DNA of 64,000 bases, from the IMG/VR virus record IMGVR_UViG_3300020281_000010; one strand, 5' to 3'. Each line of letters begins with the position of its first letter. Within the stretch, counting starts at the first letter, position 1. Position numbers and translations under genes: made by a program. Below, one piece after another: positions 43,559 to 53,298 of this stretch. Below the pieces are notes generated by a model, which did no database searches, was not told where the DNA came from, and saw nothing but the letters and a program-made list of their open reading frames with translations. The DNA is from a virus.

Positions 43559-46339
43559 ATGGCATCTACCCAACTTTCACCAGGGGTCGTTGTTCTTGAA
43601 AAGGATCTGACTACGGTTGCTAACGCGACTCTAGATAATGTTGCAGTGATAGTCGGTTCCTTTGAAAAGGGTCCCGTTAATAAGATTGTAGACGTAACTA
43701 GCGAGAAAGAACTTCTTGCAGTCTTCGGTCGCCCTAACGATTACAACTACGAATACTGGTATTCAGCAGCACAATTCCTGTTGTACGGTGGTACACTTAA
43801 AATTGTCCGTACAAACAGTTCTTCACTTAAGAACGCTATTGACACAGCACAGACTGTTGTCACTACTTTCTCTGGTGCAGACACAACTCTTACAGTTACA
43901 TCAGCGACAGACTTCGCGACAAGCGATTTGATCTTGATCGACGCTGAAATTCTAAGAGTGACTAACGTCTCAGGTAACGACCTTACTGTTCAACGTGGTC
44001 AACTTGCAACTGCAGCAACTTCACACGCAGCAGGCGCATCTATCACTCTGATCGAAGAATCAGGTAATAGCACAACGATGAACCAAGGCGGTACTCTTGC
44101 TGCAGGTGGTACAACACTGACGGTTACTTCTGTTGCTTCTCTTGCTGTTGCACTAAACGATCACATCTTGATCTCTGACGAGATTCTCAAGGTGACTGCT
44201 ATTAGCGGTAACGATCTGACTGTTGAGCGTGGTAAGTTGGAAACAACTGCTGCTGCACAGACTGATGGTCAGACTATCAAGCGTTTGGTGGTTACTGCAG
44301 GTAAGACAACAATCAACGAACAAACATCAACTGGTGTTAGTGCTCCTCTTGTTAGAAATCTCGAAGAGTATGAAGGTAATGTTGAAGGCGCTTCTAACTC
44401 TTGGAAGTATGCTGCTAGACACCCTGGTCTCTATGGTAACTCACTTAGAGTTGTTATCACAGACGCGGGTGCTGACCAGATCCTTTCACTTGCACAACCT
44501 ACCACTGCTGAGTGGGAATTCTCAACTACAACTGACGTAAGTTATAGCGGTGCTAACGCAGGCGCTAAGATCTTCGGTTACAGAATCGTAGTTACAATGG
44601 ATTCCGCATCCATCGCAGGTGACTTTGAAAACGGACAATACTGGAGAGCAGAAACAGATGCTTCATCTCCTGTAAGTATTCCTGTTCAAGGTCAAGTCGT
44701 TGCTTACGATCCTCTTACAAGAAAGATCGAGATTGATGTTAACTACTCACTCTCATCTGACGTTCTTGAAGTTGGTGACGTAATCGCACTTTGGAGTGCA
44801 GAGACTGGTGGATCTAGAACTGGTGACAAGGGTACTGTTGAAGCAGTTGAAAGACAACTTCTTACAATTACTAACGCATCACAAGAAAGATTCGAAGCAA
44901 ACTACACTGTATCTGATGACAACGCATCAGGTTCACCTAACATTAACATTGCTTCTGTAAGATCAGAATACGACGAAAGATATTTTGGCGGCAATCAGAA
45001 GTGGGCAAACGTTGCTCCTAGACCTGGCACATCACCTTGGGTTCAAGACCGTGGTGGTTCTAAGGACCAAATGCACATCCTCGTCCTTGATGGAGATGGC
45101 AAACTCACTGGTACACCTGGTGCGGTTCTTGAGAAGTTCCTCTTCGTGTCTAAGTCAATGGATGCCAAAGGCGTTCAGGGCGAGACCATCTTCTACAGAG
45201 ACGTTATTAAGAACATCTCACAATACATCTACTGGGGTGCACACGAGACTTCAAGCATCTTTGATGTTGATTCTGGTGCTAACGGTGACTTCGGTTCATC
45301 TGGTGTTTCAAGACACTTTGACTTGATCAAGCAAACTGCTGCTATCAAGACTACTGAAACTGCACTCGGTCGCGAGATCATCGGAACTTCAAACGGTTCT
45401 ACTGCTAGATACCACCTCCAAGGCGGTACTGACGGTTACACTCTTTCAAGATCTGAGATCCTCGGTTCATACGACCTCATCGCTGACAAAGAAACCATTG
45501 ATGTTGATTACATCTTGATGGGTCCTTCGATGGCAGACACTAGCGACACAATCGCTAAAGCACAGAAGATCATTGACATCGCTGCAACCCGTAAGGATTG
45601 CTTGGCATTCGTTTCACCTCCACGTAATGACGTGATTGGTCTTAGCGATACCAACATCATTGTTAACAGAACTATCGATTACTTCGATAAACTGTCTAGC
45701 ACATCATACGCTGTCTTTGATAACAACTACAAGTACATCTACGACAAGTACAACGATAAGTATCGTTACATTCCTTGTAACGCTGACCTTGCAGGTCTAA
45801 CACTTAGCGCAACTCTGAATTCAGAAGCGTGGTTCTCTCCTGCAGGATTCAACAGAGGACAGTTGAGAAACGCAATCAAACTTGCTTACTCACCTCTGAA
45901 GGATCACAGAGATAGATTGTACGCAGCAAGAATCAACCCTGTGGTTGCATTCCCTGGACAAGGTATTGTCCTCTTCGGAGACAAGACTGCACTTTCATAC
46001 CAATCTGCATTCGACAGAATCAACGTTCGTCGCTTGTTCTTGGTACTTGAGGATGCAATCTCAGAAGCAGCAAAGACTCAACTGTTCGAATTGAACGATG
46101 AGTTCACTCGCGCTTCCTTCAAGAACATCGTGGAACCGTTCCTCCGTTCGGTTCAGTCACGTCGTGGCATCATCGATTTCTTGGTTGTCTGCGACAGCAG
46201 CAACAACCCACCTGAGGCGATTGACAGAGGCGAGTTCTTCGCGGAGATCTTCGTGAAACCAACACGCTCTATCAACTACATCACTCTTACATTCACCGCT
46301 ACTAGAACTGGTTCTAGTTTCGCTGAAGTTACTTCCTGA
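43559..46339 (+). CDS. g18: Tail sheath protein gp18, enlarged (926 aa)
   Basis: SPGVVVLEKDLT, FEKGPVN, L...FGRP, WFSPAG.NRG, LY..RINPV..FPGQG..LFGDKT, FDRINVRRLF and KP.RSINYI.L.F.A.R. Confidence 0.97.
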   Translation: MASTQLSPGVVVLEKDLTTVANATLDNVAVIVGSFEKGPVNKIVDVTSEKELLAVFGRPNDYNYEYWYSAAQFLLYGGTLKIVRTNSSSLKNAIDTAQTVVTTFSGADTTLTVTSATDFATSDLILIDAEILRVTNVSGNDLTVQRGQLATAATSHAAGASITLIEESGNSTTMNQGGTLAAGGTTLTVTSVASLAVALNDHILISDEILKVTAISGNDLTVERGKLETTAAAQTDGQTIKRLVVTAGKTTINEQTSTGVSAPLVRNLEEYEGNVEGASNSWKYAARHPGLYGNSLRVVITDAGADQILSLAQPTTAEWEFSTTTDVSYSGANAGAKIFGYRIVVTMDSASIAGDFENGQYWRAETDASSPVSIPVQGQVVAYDPLTRKIEIDVNYSLSSDVLEVGDVIALWSAETGGSRTGDKGTVEAVERQLLTITNASQERFEANYTVSDDNASGSPNINIASVRSEYDERYFGGNQKWANVAPRPGTSPWVQDRGGSKDQMHILVLDGDGKLTGTPGAVLEKFLFVSKSMDAKGVQGETIFYRDVIKNISQYIYWGAHETSSIFDVDSGANGDFGSSGVSRHFDLIKQTAAIKTTETALGREIIGTSNGSTARYHLQGGTDGYTLSRSEILGSYDLIADKETIDVDYILMGPSMADTSDTIAKAQKIIDIAATRKDCLAFVSPPRNDVIGLSDTNIIVNRTIDYFDKLSSTSYAVFDNNYKYIYDKYNDKYRYIPCNADLAGLTLSATLNSEAWFSPAGFNRGQLRNAIKLAYSPLKDHRDRLYAARINPVVAFPGQGIVLFGDKTALSYQSAFDRINVRRLFLVLEDAISEAAKTQLFELNDEFTRASFKNIVEPFLRSVQSRRGIIDFLVVCDSSNNPPEAIDRGEFFAEIFVKPTRSINYITLTFTATRTGSSFAEVTS

Positions 46340-46367
46340 TTCAAGAGACTAACCTAGGAGACAAACA

Positions 46368-47042
46368 ATGGCAGAATCACAACCAGGACAGGTGGAACAG
46401 AGCGCAATACGCGCTCCCATCTTTTCCTTCCGAGATCAAGTAAAGGACTTTGCACGTCCCAATCTATTCCAAGTAGAAATCTATGCACCTCCAATCCTTC
46501 AGGATGGAGTATCACCCCAATCTGGTGGTGTTGCAGGATCATCAGCAGATGCTTCCGAGAACTCTGCAGGTGGATCTCAACTCAACGCATCCGAAGCATC
46601 CGCTTTCGGTACCTTCCTTGTGAAGGCAGCAAACATCCCTGCATCTACAGTGGGTGTTGTTGAAGTACCTTACAGAGGAAGAATCCTCAAGGTAGCAGGC
46701 GACAGAACCTTTGAACCTTGGACAGTTACTGTTCTTAATGACCAGTCCTTCAAGTTCAGAGCATTCTTCGAATCTTGGTCAACCAACATTCAAGCACTGC
46801 AGCAGAACTTCCAGAACGCTAACACTATCGCTGATTATCAAGCGACAGCAAAGGTTAGACAGATGGATAGAAAAGGTAAGATCATTCGTACTTACAAGTT
46901 CGAAGGCATCTGGCCATCTAACATTTCTGCAATCGACCTTGACTGGGGAACCAACGATACTCCTGAGGAGTACACTGTTGAATTCCAAGTACAATACTGG
47001 ACCTACGACACAGACATCAACACTGGAAACGCGGGCGGTTAA
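46368..47042 (+). CDS. g19: Tail tube protein gp19
   Basis: ARPNLFQV, FLVKAANIPAS.VG.VEVPYRGR.LKVAGDRTFEPWTVTVLND and EEYTVEFQVQYW. Confidence 0.97.
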   Translation: MAESQPGQVEQSAIRAPIFSFRDQVKDFARPNLFQVEIYAPPILQDGVSPQSGGVAGSSADASENSAGGSQLNASEASAFGTFLVKAANIPASTVGVVEVPYRGRILKVAGDRTFEPWTVTVLNDQSFKFRAFFESWSTNIQALQQNFQNANTIADYQATAKVRQMDRKGKIIRTYKFEGIWPSNISAIDLDWGTNDTPEEYTVEFQVQYWTYDTDINTGNAGG

Positions 47043-47061
47043 ATAGGTTAAATTGAAACCG

Positions 47062-47069
47062 TATAAATA
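47062..47069 (+). promoter_or_regulatory. gp55-dependent late promoter (TATAAATA) for g20
   Basis: Exact consensus, intergenic. Confidence 0.85.
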
Positions 47070-47095
47070 GTTGGGAAGAAAATTCTAATAATTAG

Positions 47096-48721
47096 ATGTC
47101 CCAACTTTTTGGTTATTCTCTTGAACGTGCCAAGAAGGACTCTGCAAAGGGTCCTTCTTTCGTGCGTAAAGAGTCAGATGATGCAGCGACCCCCGTTGCA
47201 GGTGGTGGTTATTTTGGTACCGCCATCGATCTTGATGGAACATACAAAGATGAAAACGACCTGATTCGTCGATACCGCGCAATGTCGATCCACCCTGAGT
47301 GTGATCGTGCTATCGATGATGTGGTTAATGAAGCAATCGCAGGTGAGTTAGATGACACTCCTGTGGATGTTGAGTTGTCAAATCTCAAGGTCAGTGCAGG
47401 TATCAAGAAGAAGATTAGAGAAGAGTTTCATAACGTTCTCCGTCTTCTTGACTTTGATAAGAAAGCATATGACATCTTCCGTCGTTGGTATATTGACGGA
47501 AAGATCTATTACCACAAGATGATTGACCCCAAGAATCCTAGGGGTGGTATTACAGAACTCAGATACATTGATCCTAGAAAGATCAGAAAGGTAGTTGAAC
47601 TAGAGCGTCCTAAAGATAAGACATTTGTTGATCCAAGGACAATGGAAGCACAGATTGCTCCTAAGTCCGCAGAGTATTACGTTTACAACCCTAAGGGTCT
47701 CCGAGGAATGGAGACTGCAGGTATCAAGGTTGCCCCTGATGCAATCTCTTTCGCCCACAGTGGTTTGAAAGATATGAATAAGAATGTGATTATGTCACAT
47801 CTTCATAAAGCAATCAAGGCGCTCAACCAACTGAGGATGATCGAAGATAGTCTTGTTATTTACAGACTGTCAAGAGCACCTGAGCGTCGTATTTTCTATA
47901 TTGATGTTGGTAATCTTCCTAAGCAAAAGGCAGAACAATATCTCCGCGAGGTTATGTCTCGTTATAGAAACAAGTTGGTTTACAACGCAGACACAGGAGA
48001 GATCAGAGATGACAGAAAATTTATGTCGATGCTCGAAGATTTCTGGTTACCCAGAAGAGAAGGCGGGCGAGGAACTGAGATCACTACGCTCCCAGGTGGA
48101 CAAAATCTTGGAGAACTTGAGGATGTCAAATACTTCCAGAAGAAACTCTATCGTGCATTAAATGTACCTGAGTCACGTCTGGAATCTGAATCCACTTTCA
48201 ACTTAGGTCGCGCAGCAGAGATCACACGTGACGAGATTAAGTTCCAAAAGTTCGTAACTCGTCTGCGTAAGAAGTTCTCTGAACTACTTCACGATCTACT
48301 CAAGACACAACTCATTCTGAAAGGTGTTATCAGCATTGAAGAGTGGGATGATATGGCAGAGCATATTCAGTATGACTATGTTGCTGACAACTATTTCTCT
48401 GAACTCAAAGAGAAAGAGATCCTTACAGAGCGTCTAAACCTAGTTCAGACAATGGATCCTTTCGTTGGTAGATACTTCTCTGCTGAATATATTCGTCGTC
48501 AAATTCTTAAGCATACTGATGCGGAAATCAATGAGATCGATGATCAGATTGAGAAAGAAATTGAGGAGGGCAAGATCCCTGATCCTGCCGCTGTTGATCC
48601 TATGACAGGTGAACCTATGGCACCTGGAGCAGAAGGAATGGAGGGAGAAGAGATGGAAGAAGAGGGTCCAACAGGTGTTGAGTCTATTCCTCCTGCAGAC
48701 TATAAACGCGGAGAATTCTAA
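47096..48721 (+). CDS. g20: Portal vertex protein gp20
   Basis: HPECDRAIDDVVNEAI, FRRWYIDG, AIKALNQLRMIEDSLVIYRLSRAPERRIFYIDVGNLPK and EDFWLPRREGGRGTEI.TLPGGQNLG. Confidence 0.98.
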   Translation: MSQLFGYSLERAKKDSAKGPSFVRKESDDAATPVAGGGYFGTAIDLDGTYKDENDLIRRYRAMSIHPECDRAIDDVVNEAIAGELDDTPVDVELSNLKVSAGIKKKIREEFHNVLRLLDFDKKAYDIFRRWYIDGKIYYHKMIDPKNPRGGITELRYIDPRKIRKVVELERPKDKTFVDPRTMEAQIAPKSAEYYVYNPKGLRGMETAGIKVAPDAISFAHSGLKDMNKNVIMSHLHKAIKALNQLRMIEDSLVIYRLSRAPERRIFYIDVGNLPKQKAEQYLREVMSRYRNKLVYNADTGEIRDDRKFMSMLEDFWLPRREGGRGTEITTLPGGQNLGELEDVKYFQKKLYRALNVPESRLESESTFNLGRAAEITRDEIKFQKFVTRLRKKFSELLHDLLKTQLILKGVISIEEWDDMAEHIQYDYVADNYFSELKEKEILTERLNLVQTMDPFVGRYFSAEYIRRQILKHTDAEINEIDDQIEKEIEEGKIPDPAAVDPMTGEPMAPGAEGMEGEEMEEEGPTGVESIPPADYKRGEF

Positions 48722-48724
48722 ATA
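48718..48724 (+). promoter_or_regulatory. gp55-dependent late promoter (CTAAATA variant)
   Basis: At the g20 stop, about 22 nt upstream of the ATG at 48746. Confidence 0.6.
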
Positions 48725-48745
48725 TTAAGTACGAGGACATTTATT

Positions 48746-48940
48746 ATGCCATCAATTCAAGCGAAAGAAATCGTCAACAAAATCTTTTCAGGATCGAAAG
48801 ATCTCAGTAGTGAAGTTGATGATGCGATGAAAGCAATTACCGCTGATGCTCTAGAAGCAAAGAAAAAGGAAATTGCAGGTGACTGGATGCAACCTGAAAC
48901 TCAAGAGGAACCAAATGAAACTGATCACGGAACAGATTGA
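48746..48940 (+). CDS. Small acidic prohead core-type protein (position of T4 g67/g68)
   Basis: 64 aa between portal and protease; the call rests mainly on synteny. Confidence 0.6.
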   Translation: MPSIQAKEIVNKIFSGSKDLSSEVDDAMKAITADALEAKKKEIAGDWMQPETQEEPNETDHGTD

Positions 48941-49565
48941 AGACGTTCAAATCCTTTCTGAGGAGAAGAACGGTAAGAAAAATCTATACATAGAAGGAAC
49001 ATTCCTACAAGGCGAGATTAAAAATCGCAACGGAAGAATGTACCCTATCAACACACTCCGTAGAGAAGTTGATAAATACAATGAATCTTTTGTTAAAAAT
49101 GGTCGCGCCCTTGGCGAACTGGGACATCCTGACGGACCAACAGTTAACCTCGACCGTGTATCACATTTGATCACATCGCTAGTCCAAGAAGGTAATAACT
49201 TCAGAGGAAGAGCAAGAATCCTAGATACTCCTATGGGTAACATCGCTAAGAACCTTTTGGGTGAAGGCGTGAAACTAGGTGTTTCATCACGTGGAATTGG
49301 TTCACTCCAAGAGACTCGTGACGGAGCAAAAGTAGTTGCTGATGATTTTATGTTGGCAACCGCAGCAGACATTGTTGCTGATCCCTCAGCACCAGATGCT
49401 TTTGTAAATGGAATTATGGAAGGCAAAGAATGGGTCTGGAATAACGGAATCATTCAAGAGTCTGAAATTAACCAGATGAAGAAGCAAATTGACAATGCTG
49501 CTAGTCGCAAGATTCTTGAAGAGCGGAAGATTTCCGCGTTTTCAAAATTCTTAAACTCCCTGTGA
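48915..49565 (+). CDS. g21: Prohead protease gp21
   Basis: ATG at 48915 (MKLITEQIE). IEGTFLQGEIKNRNGRMYP, ALGELGHP, VSSRG.GSL and DIVADPSAPDAFV.GIMEGKEW. Confidence 0.97.
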   Translation: MKLITEQIEDVQILSEEKNGKKNLYIEGTFLQGEIKNRNGRMYPINTLRREVDKYNESFVKNGRALGELGHPDGPTVNLDRVSHLITSLVQEGNNFRGRARILDTPMGNIAKNLLGEGVKLGVSSRGIGSLQETRDGAKVVADDFMLATAADIVADPSAPDAFVNGIMEGKEWVWNNGIIQESEINQMKKQIDNAASRKILEERKISAFSKFLNSL

Positions 49566-49566
49566 G

Positions 49567-49574
49567 TATAAATA
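49567..49574 (+). promoter_or_regulatory. gp55-dependent late promoter (TATAAATA) for g22-g23
   Basis: Exact consensus. An AAGGAG RBS precedes the ATG at 49614. Confidence 0.85.
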
Positions 49575-49613
49575 TTTTTACGAATAGCAAAGACTACTAA
49601 GGAGACAACTCTA

Positions 49614-50606
49614 ATGTCACAAGAGAATGAAGTAATGGCATCCGAAGAAAAGCAGGAAGTCACCGAAGCAAAATTCGACGGTGCTGTTGCTGACGGTTCT
49701 TCTTTGGGTGGCGTTGAGAATCTCGGAGGTCCTACACCTCAGAACTCAAAACCTGATGATGAGTCAAACAAACTGAAGACTCCATCACAAACACAGGCAG
49801 CATCACCAAAGACAAAACCTTCCGATGCTTCACCTAAGAAGCACGAATCAGTTGAAGCAGAAAATGCTGAAGGCGATGATCTTATTGAGATCGACCTTTC
49901 TGCTGATGTTGCTGCTCTTACAGAAGGCGAAGACCTTTCTGAGGAGTTCAAAACTAAAGCAGCAACTATCTTTGAAGCTGCTGTCGTATCAAGACTGAAT
50001 GAAGAACTAGAGCGCGTTCACACTGAATACGCTGCTACTCTTTCAGAGGAAGTCGAAAGTATTAAGTCTTCCCTTGCTGAGCAGGTAGATGAGTATCTTA
50101 CATATGCTTGTCAGCAATGGATCGATGCTAACCAACTCGCTGTTGAAACTGGTCTCAAAGCAGAGATCGCAGAGAGCGTAGTTAGCGGACTTAAAAAAGT
50201 TTTCGTCGAGAACCACATTGAGGTTCCCGAGGAGAAAGCAGACATCATTACCGATATGGTGACTGAACTAGATGAGATGGAAGCAAAACTCAACGAACAA
50301 ATTGATAAGAACATTGCACTTACAAATGAAGTTGCATCGTTCGCTAAGAATGGGATCGTGAGCGAGGTCGCAGAAGGTCTTGCATCTACCGAGAAAGAGA
50401 AACTTCAAGGTCTCTCTGAAGGTGTTGAGTTTGAAGATGAAGAGTCATTCCGCAGCAAAATCGAGACTCTTAGAGAGTCGTACTTCTCTAGCAAGCCTCA
50501 GGCAGCAGCAGAGACGATCGCTGAGGATGTACAACCTGTTGTGGATACAGAAATGACGGATTCAATGTCTAAGTACGTTGATGCACTCCGTCGTTGGACT
50601 AAGTGA
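49614..50606 (+). CDS. g22: Prohead core scaffold protein gp22
   Basis: Acidic and helical. LSEEFK.KAATIFEAAV, VD.YL.Y....W...N.LAVE.G and EK...L.EGVEF. Confidence 0.95.
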   Translation: MSQENEVMASEEKQEVTEAKFDGAVADGSSLGGVENLGGPTPQNSKPDDESNKLKTPSQTQAASPKTKPSDASPKKHESVEAENAEGDDLIEIDLSADVAALTEGEDLSEEFKTKAATIFEAAVVSRLNEELERVHTEYAATLSEEVESIKSSLAEQVDEYLTYACQQWIDANQLAVETGLKAEIAESVVSGLKKVFVENHIEVPEEKADIITDMVTELDEMEAKLNEQIDKNIALTNEVASFAKNGIVSEVAEGLASTEKEKLQGLSEGVEFEDEESFRSKIETLRESYFSSKPQAAAETIAEDVQPVVDTEMTDSMSKYVDALRRWTK

Positions 50607-50657
50607 TTTAGTCATTAAAACTATTTTTCCCTATAAACCCAAAGAGGTATAAAGCAA

Positions 50658-52025
50658 ATGTTCAAATCCGAGCATCTGCAGGAGAAGTGGTCACCCGTTC
50701 TTAATTGTGAGGGTCTTGATTCCATCAAGGACAACTACAAAAAGGCGGTCACCGCAATCCTGCTCGAAAACCAAGAATCATTCCTGAAGGAAGAAAGAGG
50801 CATCCTCACCGAGGCAGCACCTACTAACTCTACAGGTTCTTCAAGCAGTGCAGCAGGTTTCTCTGCTGACGCTACAGCAACTGGTCCTGTTGCAGGTTTC
50901 GACCCTGTTCTGATCTCCTTGATCAGACGTTCAATGCCTAAGCTTATTGCTTATGACATTGCAGGCGTTCAACCTATGACTGGTCCTACTGGTCTGATCT
51001 TCGCAATGAGATCTAGATACGGTACTGACAGAGCATCTGGTACAGAAGCATTCTTCAACGAAGCAGATTCACAATTCACAGGTACTGACGCCGCAGGTAC
51101 TAGCGGTTTCGGTTCTGCAGGTTCTGCTCAGGCAGGATCAAACCCAGGTCTTCTTAATGACTCTGGTACATACACCAACGGTACAGGAATGAGAACTGAT
51201 GAGTCTGAGACTCTCGGTACTGGTTCTAATGCCTTCGCTGAAATGAACTTCAGCATTGAGAAAGTTACTGTGACTGCGAAGTCCAGAGCACTCAAGGCAG
51301 AGTACAGTTTGGAACTTGCTCAAGATCTTAAGGCAGTTCACGGTCTGGACGCTGAATCTGAGTTGGCAAACATCTTGTCTACTGAGGTTCTTGCTGAGAT
51401 CAACCGTGAAGTTGTTAGAACTGTGTACAAGGTTGCAAGACCTGGTTCTCAGTCAAACACAGCAACTGCAGGTATCTTCGATCTTGACGTTGACTCCAAT
51501 GGTAGATGGTCTGTTGAGAAGTTCAAAGGTCTTCTCTTCAACATCGAAAGAGATATGAATGCCATCGGGCACGAGACAAGACGCGGTAAGGGTAACATCC
51601 TGATCTGTTCTGCTGACGTTGCATCTGCATTGTCAATGGCAGGCGTTCTTGACTACACACCCGCACTTTCAGGCAACAGCAACCTTCTTCCTGACGATAA
51701 CAGCAGCACCCTTGCAGGTACTCTTAACGGTAGAATCAAGGTTTACGTTGATCCTTACTCTGCTAACGTTAGTGACAGACACTTCTACGTTGCAGGTTAC
51801 AAAGGTAGTTCTGCATATGATGCAGGTCTGTTCTACTGTCCTTATGTTCCTCTCCAAATGGTTAGAGCCGTTGGTCAGGACACCTTCCAACCAAAAATTG
51901 GATTTAAGACAAGATACGGTCTTGTTGCAAACCCATTTGCTGAAGGTACAACTCAGGGTAGTGGCGCTCTTACTGCTAACGCTAACCGTTACTACAGACG
52001 TAGTTTGGTTGACAACCTTATGTAA
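50658..52025 (+). CDS. g23: Major capsid protein gp23
   Basis: L.EKWSPVL, LLENQE, LIRRSMPKLIAYDIAGVQPMTGPTGLIFAMR, KSRALKAEYSLELAQDLKAVHG and FQPKIGFKTRYG. Confidence 0.99.
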   Translation: MFKSEHLQEKWSPVLNCEGLDSIKDNYKKAVTAILLENQESFLKEERGILTEAAPTNSTGSSSSAAGFSADATATGPVAGFDPVLISLIRRSMPKLIAYDIAGVQPMTGPTGLIFAMRSRYGTDRASGTEAFFNEADSQFTGTDAAGTSGFGSAGSAQAGSNPGLLNDSGTYTNGTGMRTDESETLGTGSNAFAEMNFSIEKVTVTAKSRALKAEYSLELAQDLKAVHGLDAESELANILSTEVLAEINREVVRTVYKVARPGSQSNTATAGIFDLDVDSNGRWSVEKFKGLLFNIERDMNAIGHETRRGKGNILICSADVASALSMAGVLDYTPALSGNSNLLPDDNSSTLAGTLNGRIKVYVDPYSANVSDRHFYVAGYKGSSAYDAGLFYCPYVPLQMVRAVGQDTFQPKIGFKTRYGLVANPFAEGTTQGSGALTANANRYYRRSLVDNLM

Positions 52026-52048
52026 GCAATCGCTTATATTCAAACAAC

Positions 52049-52077
52049 AAAAGGGACCCTTCGGGGTCCTTTTTTTA
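52049..52077 (+). terminator. Intrinsic terminator after g23 (GGACCC-TTCG-GGGTCC-T7), possibly bidirectional
   Basis: C(UUCG)G tetraloop with a 6-bp stem extended by A-tract/T-tract pairing. Confidence 0.9.
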
Positions 52078-52109
52078 TTAAATACTGTATAATTAAGATA
52101 CACTATCAT

Positions 52110-52277
52110 ATGTCAGGACGTAACTACGTGACTAAAGATGAGATGAACGTCAAAGTTCTAAAACTAAAAACCGAACTCTTCAACGGAACCTATCACGGAG
52201 CATCTAAAGACTGGGAGGATGGTGCACACTTTATGCTTAATCGTGTTCTCCATTTACTCCAAGAGTATCGTGCATAA
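52110..52277 (+). CDS. Small hypothetical protein (55 aa), missing from the ORF track
   Basis: Read by hand: MSGRNYVTKDEMNVKVLKLKTELFNGTYHGASKDWEDGAHFMLNRVLHLLQEYRA. Confidence 0.75.
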   Translation: MSGRNYVTKDEMNVKVLKLKTELFNGTYHGASKDWEDGAHFMLNRVLHLLQEYRA

Positions 52278-52280
52278 ATA
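52274..52280 (+). promoter_or_regulatory. gp55-dependent late promoter (ATAAATA) for g3
   Basis: About 28 nt upstream of the ATG at 52309. Confidence 0.7.
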
Positions 52281-52308
52281 AAAATGGCGAAACACCACAA
52301 GATAGATA

Positions 52309-52872
52309 ATGTCTTTTCAAACGCAAATAAGCAACAGGAATTTCCTCTCACCAGGTGGGTTTCGCTTTACACTTGCTAAGTATCCTAAGGTTAGTTACTT
52401 AACGCAAATGGCAAACATACCAAACATCTCTTTAAGTTTGGTAGAACAACCTACTCCATACAGAGATACCTACATTGAGGGTACTCTGGACTACGGTCGT
52501 TTCAATCTACAGTTTCTTGTAGATGAAGATATGGAGAACTATCTGATCCTACATAACTGGATGCGTGGTCTCGGTGTTCCCGAAACCTTTGGCGAACGTC
52601 AAGAGTTCATTGATTCAAACGAATCAGTCAATACCGCAAAAGCATTAGGAGAAGATCTAATCTTCGCAGACGGTACACTGACTGTCTTGAATTCTAATTT
52701 CCAACCAATATACAATGTTCTCTTCAAGAACTTGAAACCTGTAGAACTTAGCACATTAGAATTTGATGGCACTCTCAGTGACCAAGAATATTTCCAAGCA
52801 ATAGCATCATTTGATTACCTATCATATGAGATCCAAAGTCTCTCTGGTGATAGGAAGAAAAACTTAAAGTAA
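52309..52872 (+). CDS. g3: Tail tube terminator / completion protein gp3
   Basis: NRNFLSP.GFRF.L...PKV.Y..Q.ANIP, F.VDEDMENY..LHNWM.GLG and DGTL.VLNSN. Confidence 0.9.
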   Translation: MSFQTQISNRNFLSPGGFRFTLAKYPKVSYLTQMANIPNISLSLVEQPTPYRDTYIEGTLDYGRFNLQFLVDEDMENYLILHNWMRGLGVPETFGERQEFIDSNESVNTAKALGEDLIFADGTLTVLNSNFQPIYNVLFKNLKPVELSTLEFDGTLSDQEYFQAIASFDYLSYEIQSLSGDRKKNLK

Positions 52873-52875
52873 ATT

Positions 52876-53298
52876 ATGGCACTACTTGAAGAGTTGCAGG
52901 AGTCCTGGTCTAAGGACTCTATTTTTAATGAGGCAGATTTGGGCAACGAGTCATTAATTATACCAAGTCTACATCAAAAGTATCACATCTACTACAACAA
53001 ATACAAACTAATCCTTGAGGATGAGAAACTCAAACTCAAGAGGATTTACCGTGAGCAGTGGTTATGGTATAGCGGTAAGAAGACAGATGATAAGGGACAG
53101 GTCTTTGACCTTAAGGTACTCAAGGGAGATCTAAACACCTTCCTAGATTCTGATGAAGAGATTCAGAAGCAATCACTCAGGGTAACTTATTTTGAAACCT
53201 GTATAAATTATATTGAGAACATCTTAAAGATGATTAACAATCGCGGATTCCAAGTGAAGAATGCGATTGATGCAAAGCGGTTTGAATTCCCTGTCTAA
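52876..53298 (+). CDS. uvsY: Recombination mediator UvsY
   Basis: W.KDS......L..ESL.IP.LHQKY, W.WYSGK, KVLKGDL...LDSD and I.NRGFQVKNAI. Directly upstream of uvsW. Confidence 0.9.
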   Translation: MALLEELQESWSKDSIFNEADLGNESLIIPSLHQKYHIYYNKYKLILEDEKLKLKRIYREQWLWYSGKKTDDKGQVFDLKVLKGDLNTFLDSDEEIQKQSLRVTYFETCINYIENILKMINNRGFQVKNAIDAKRFEFPV

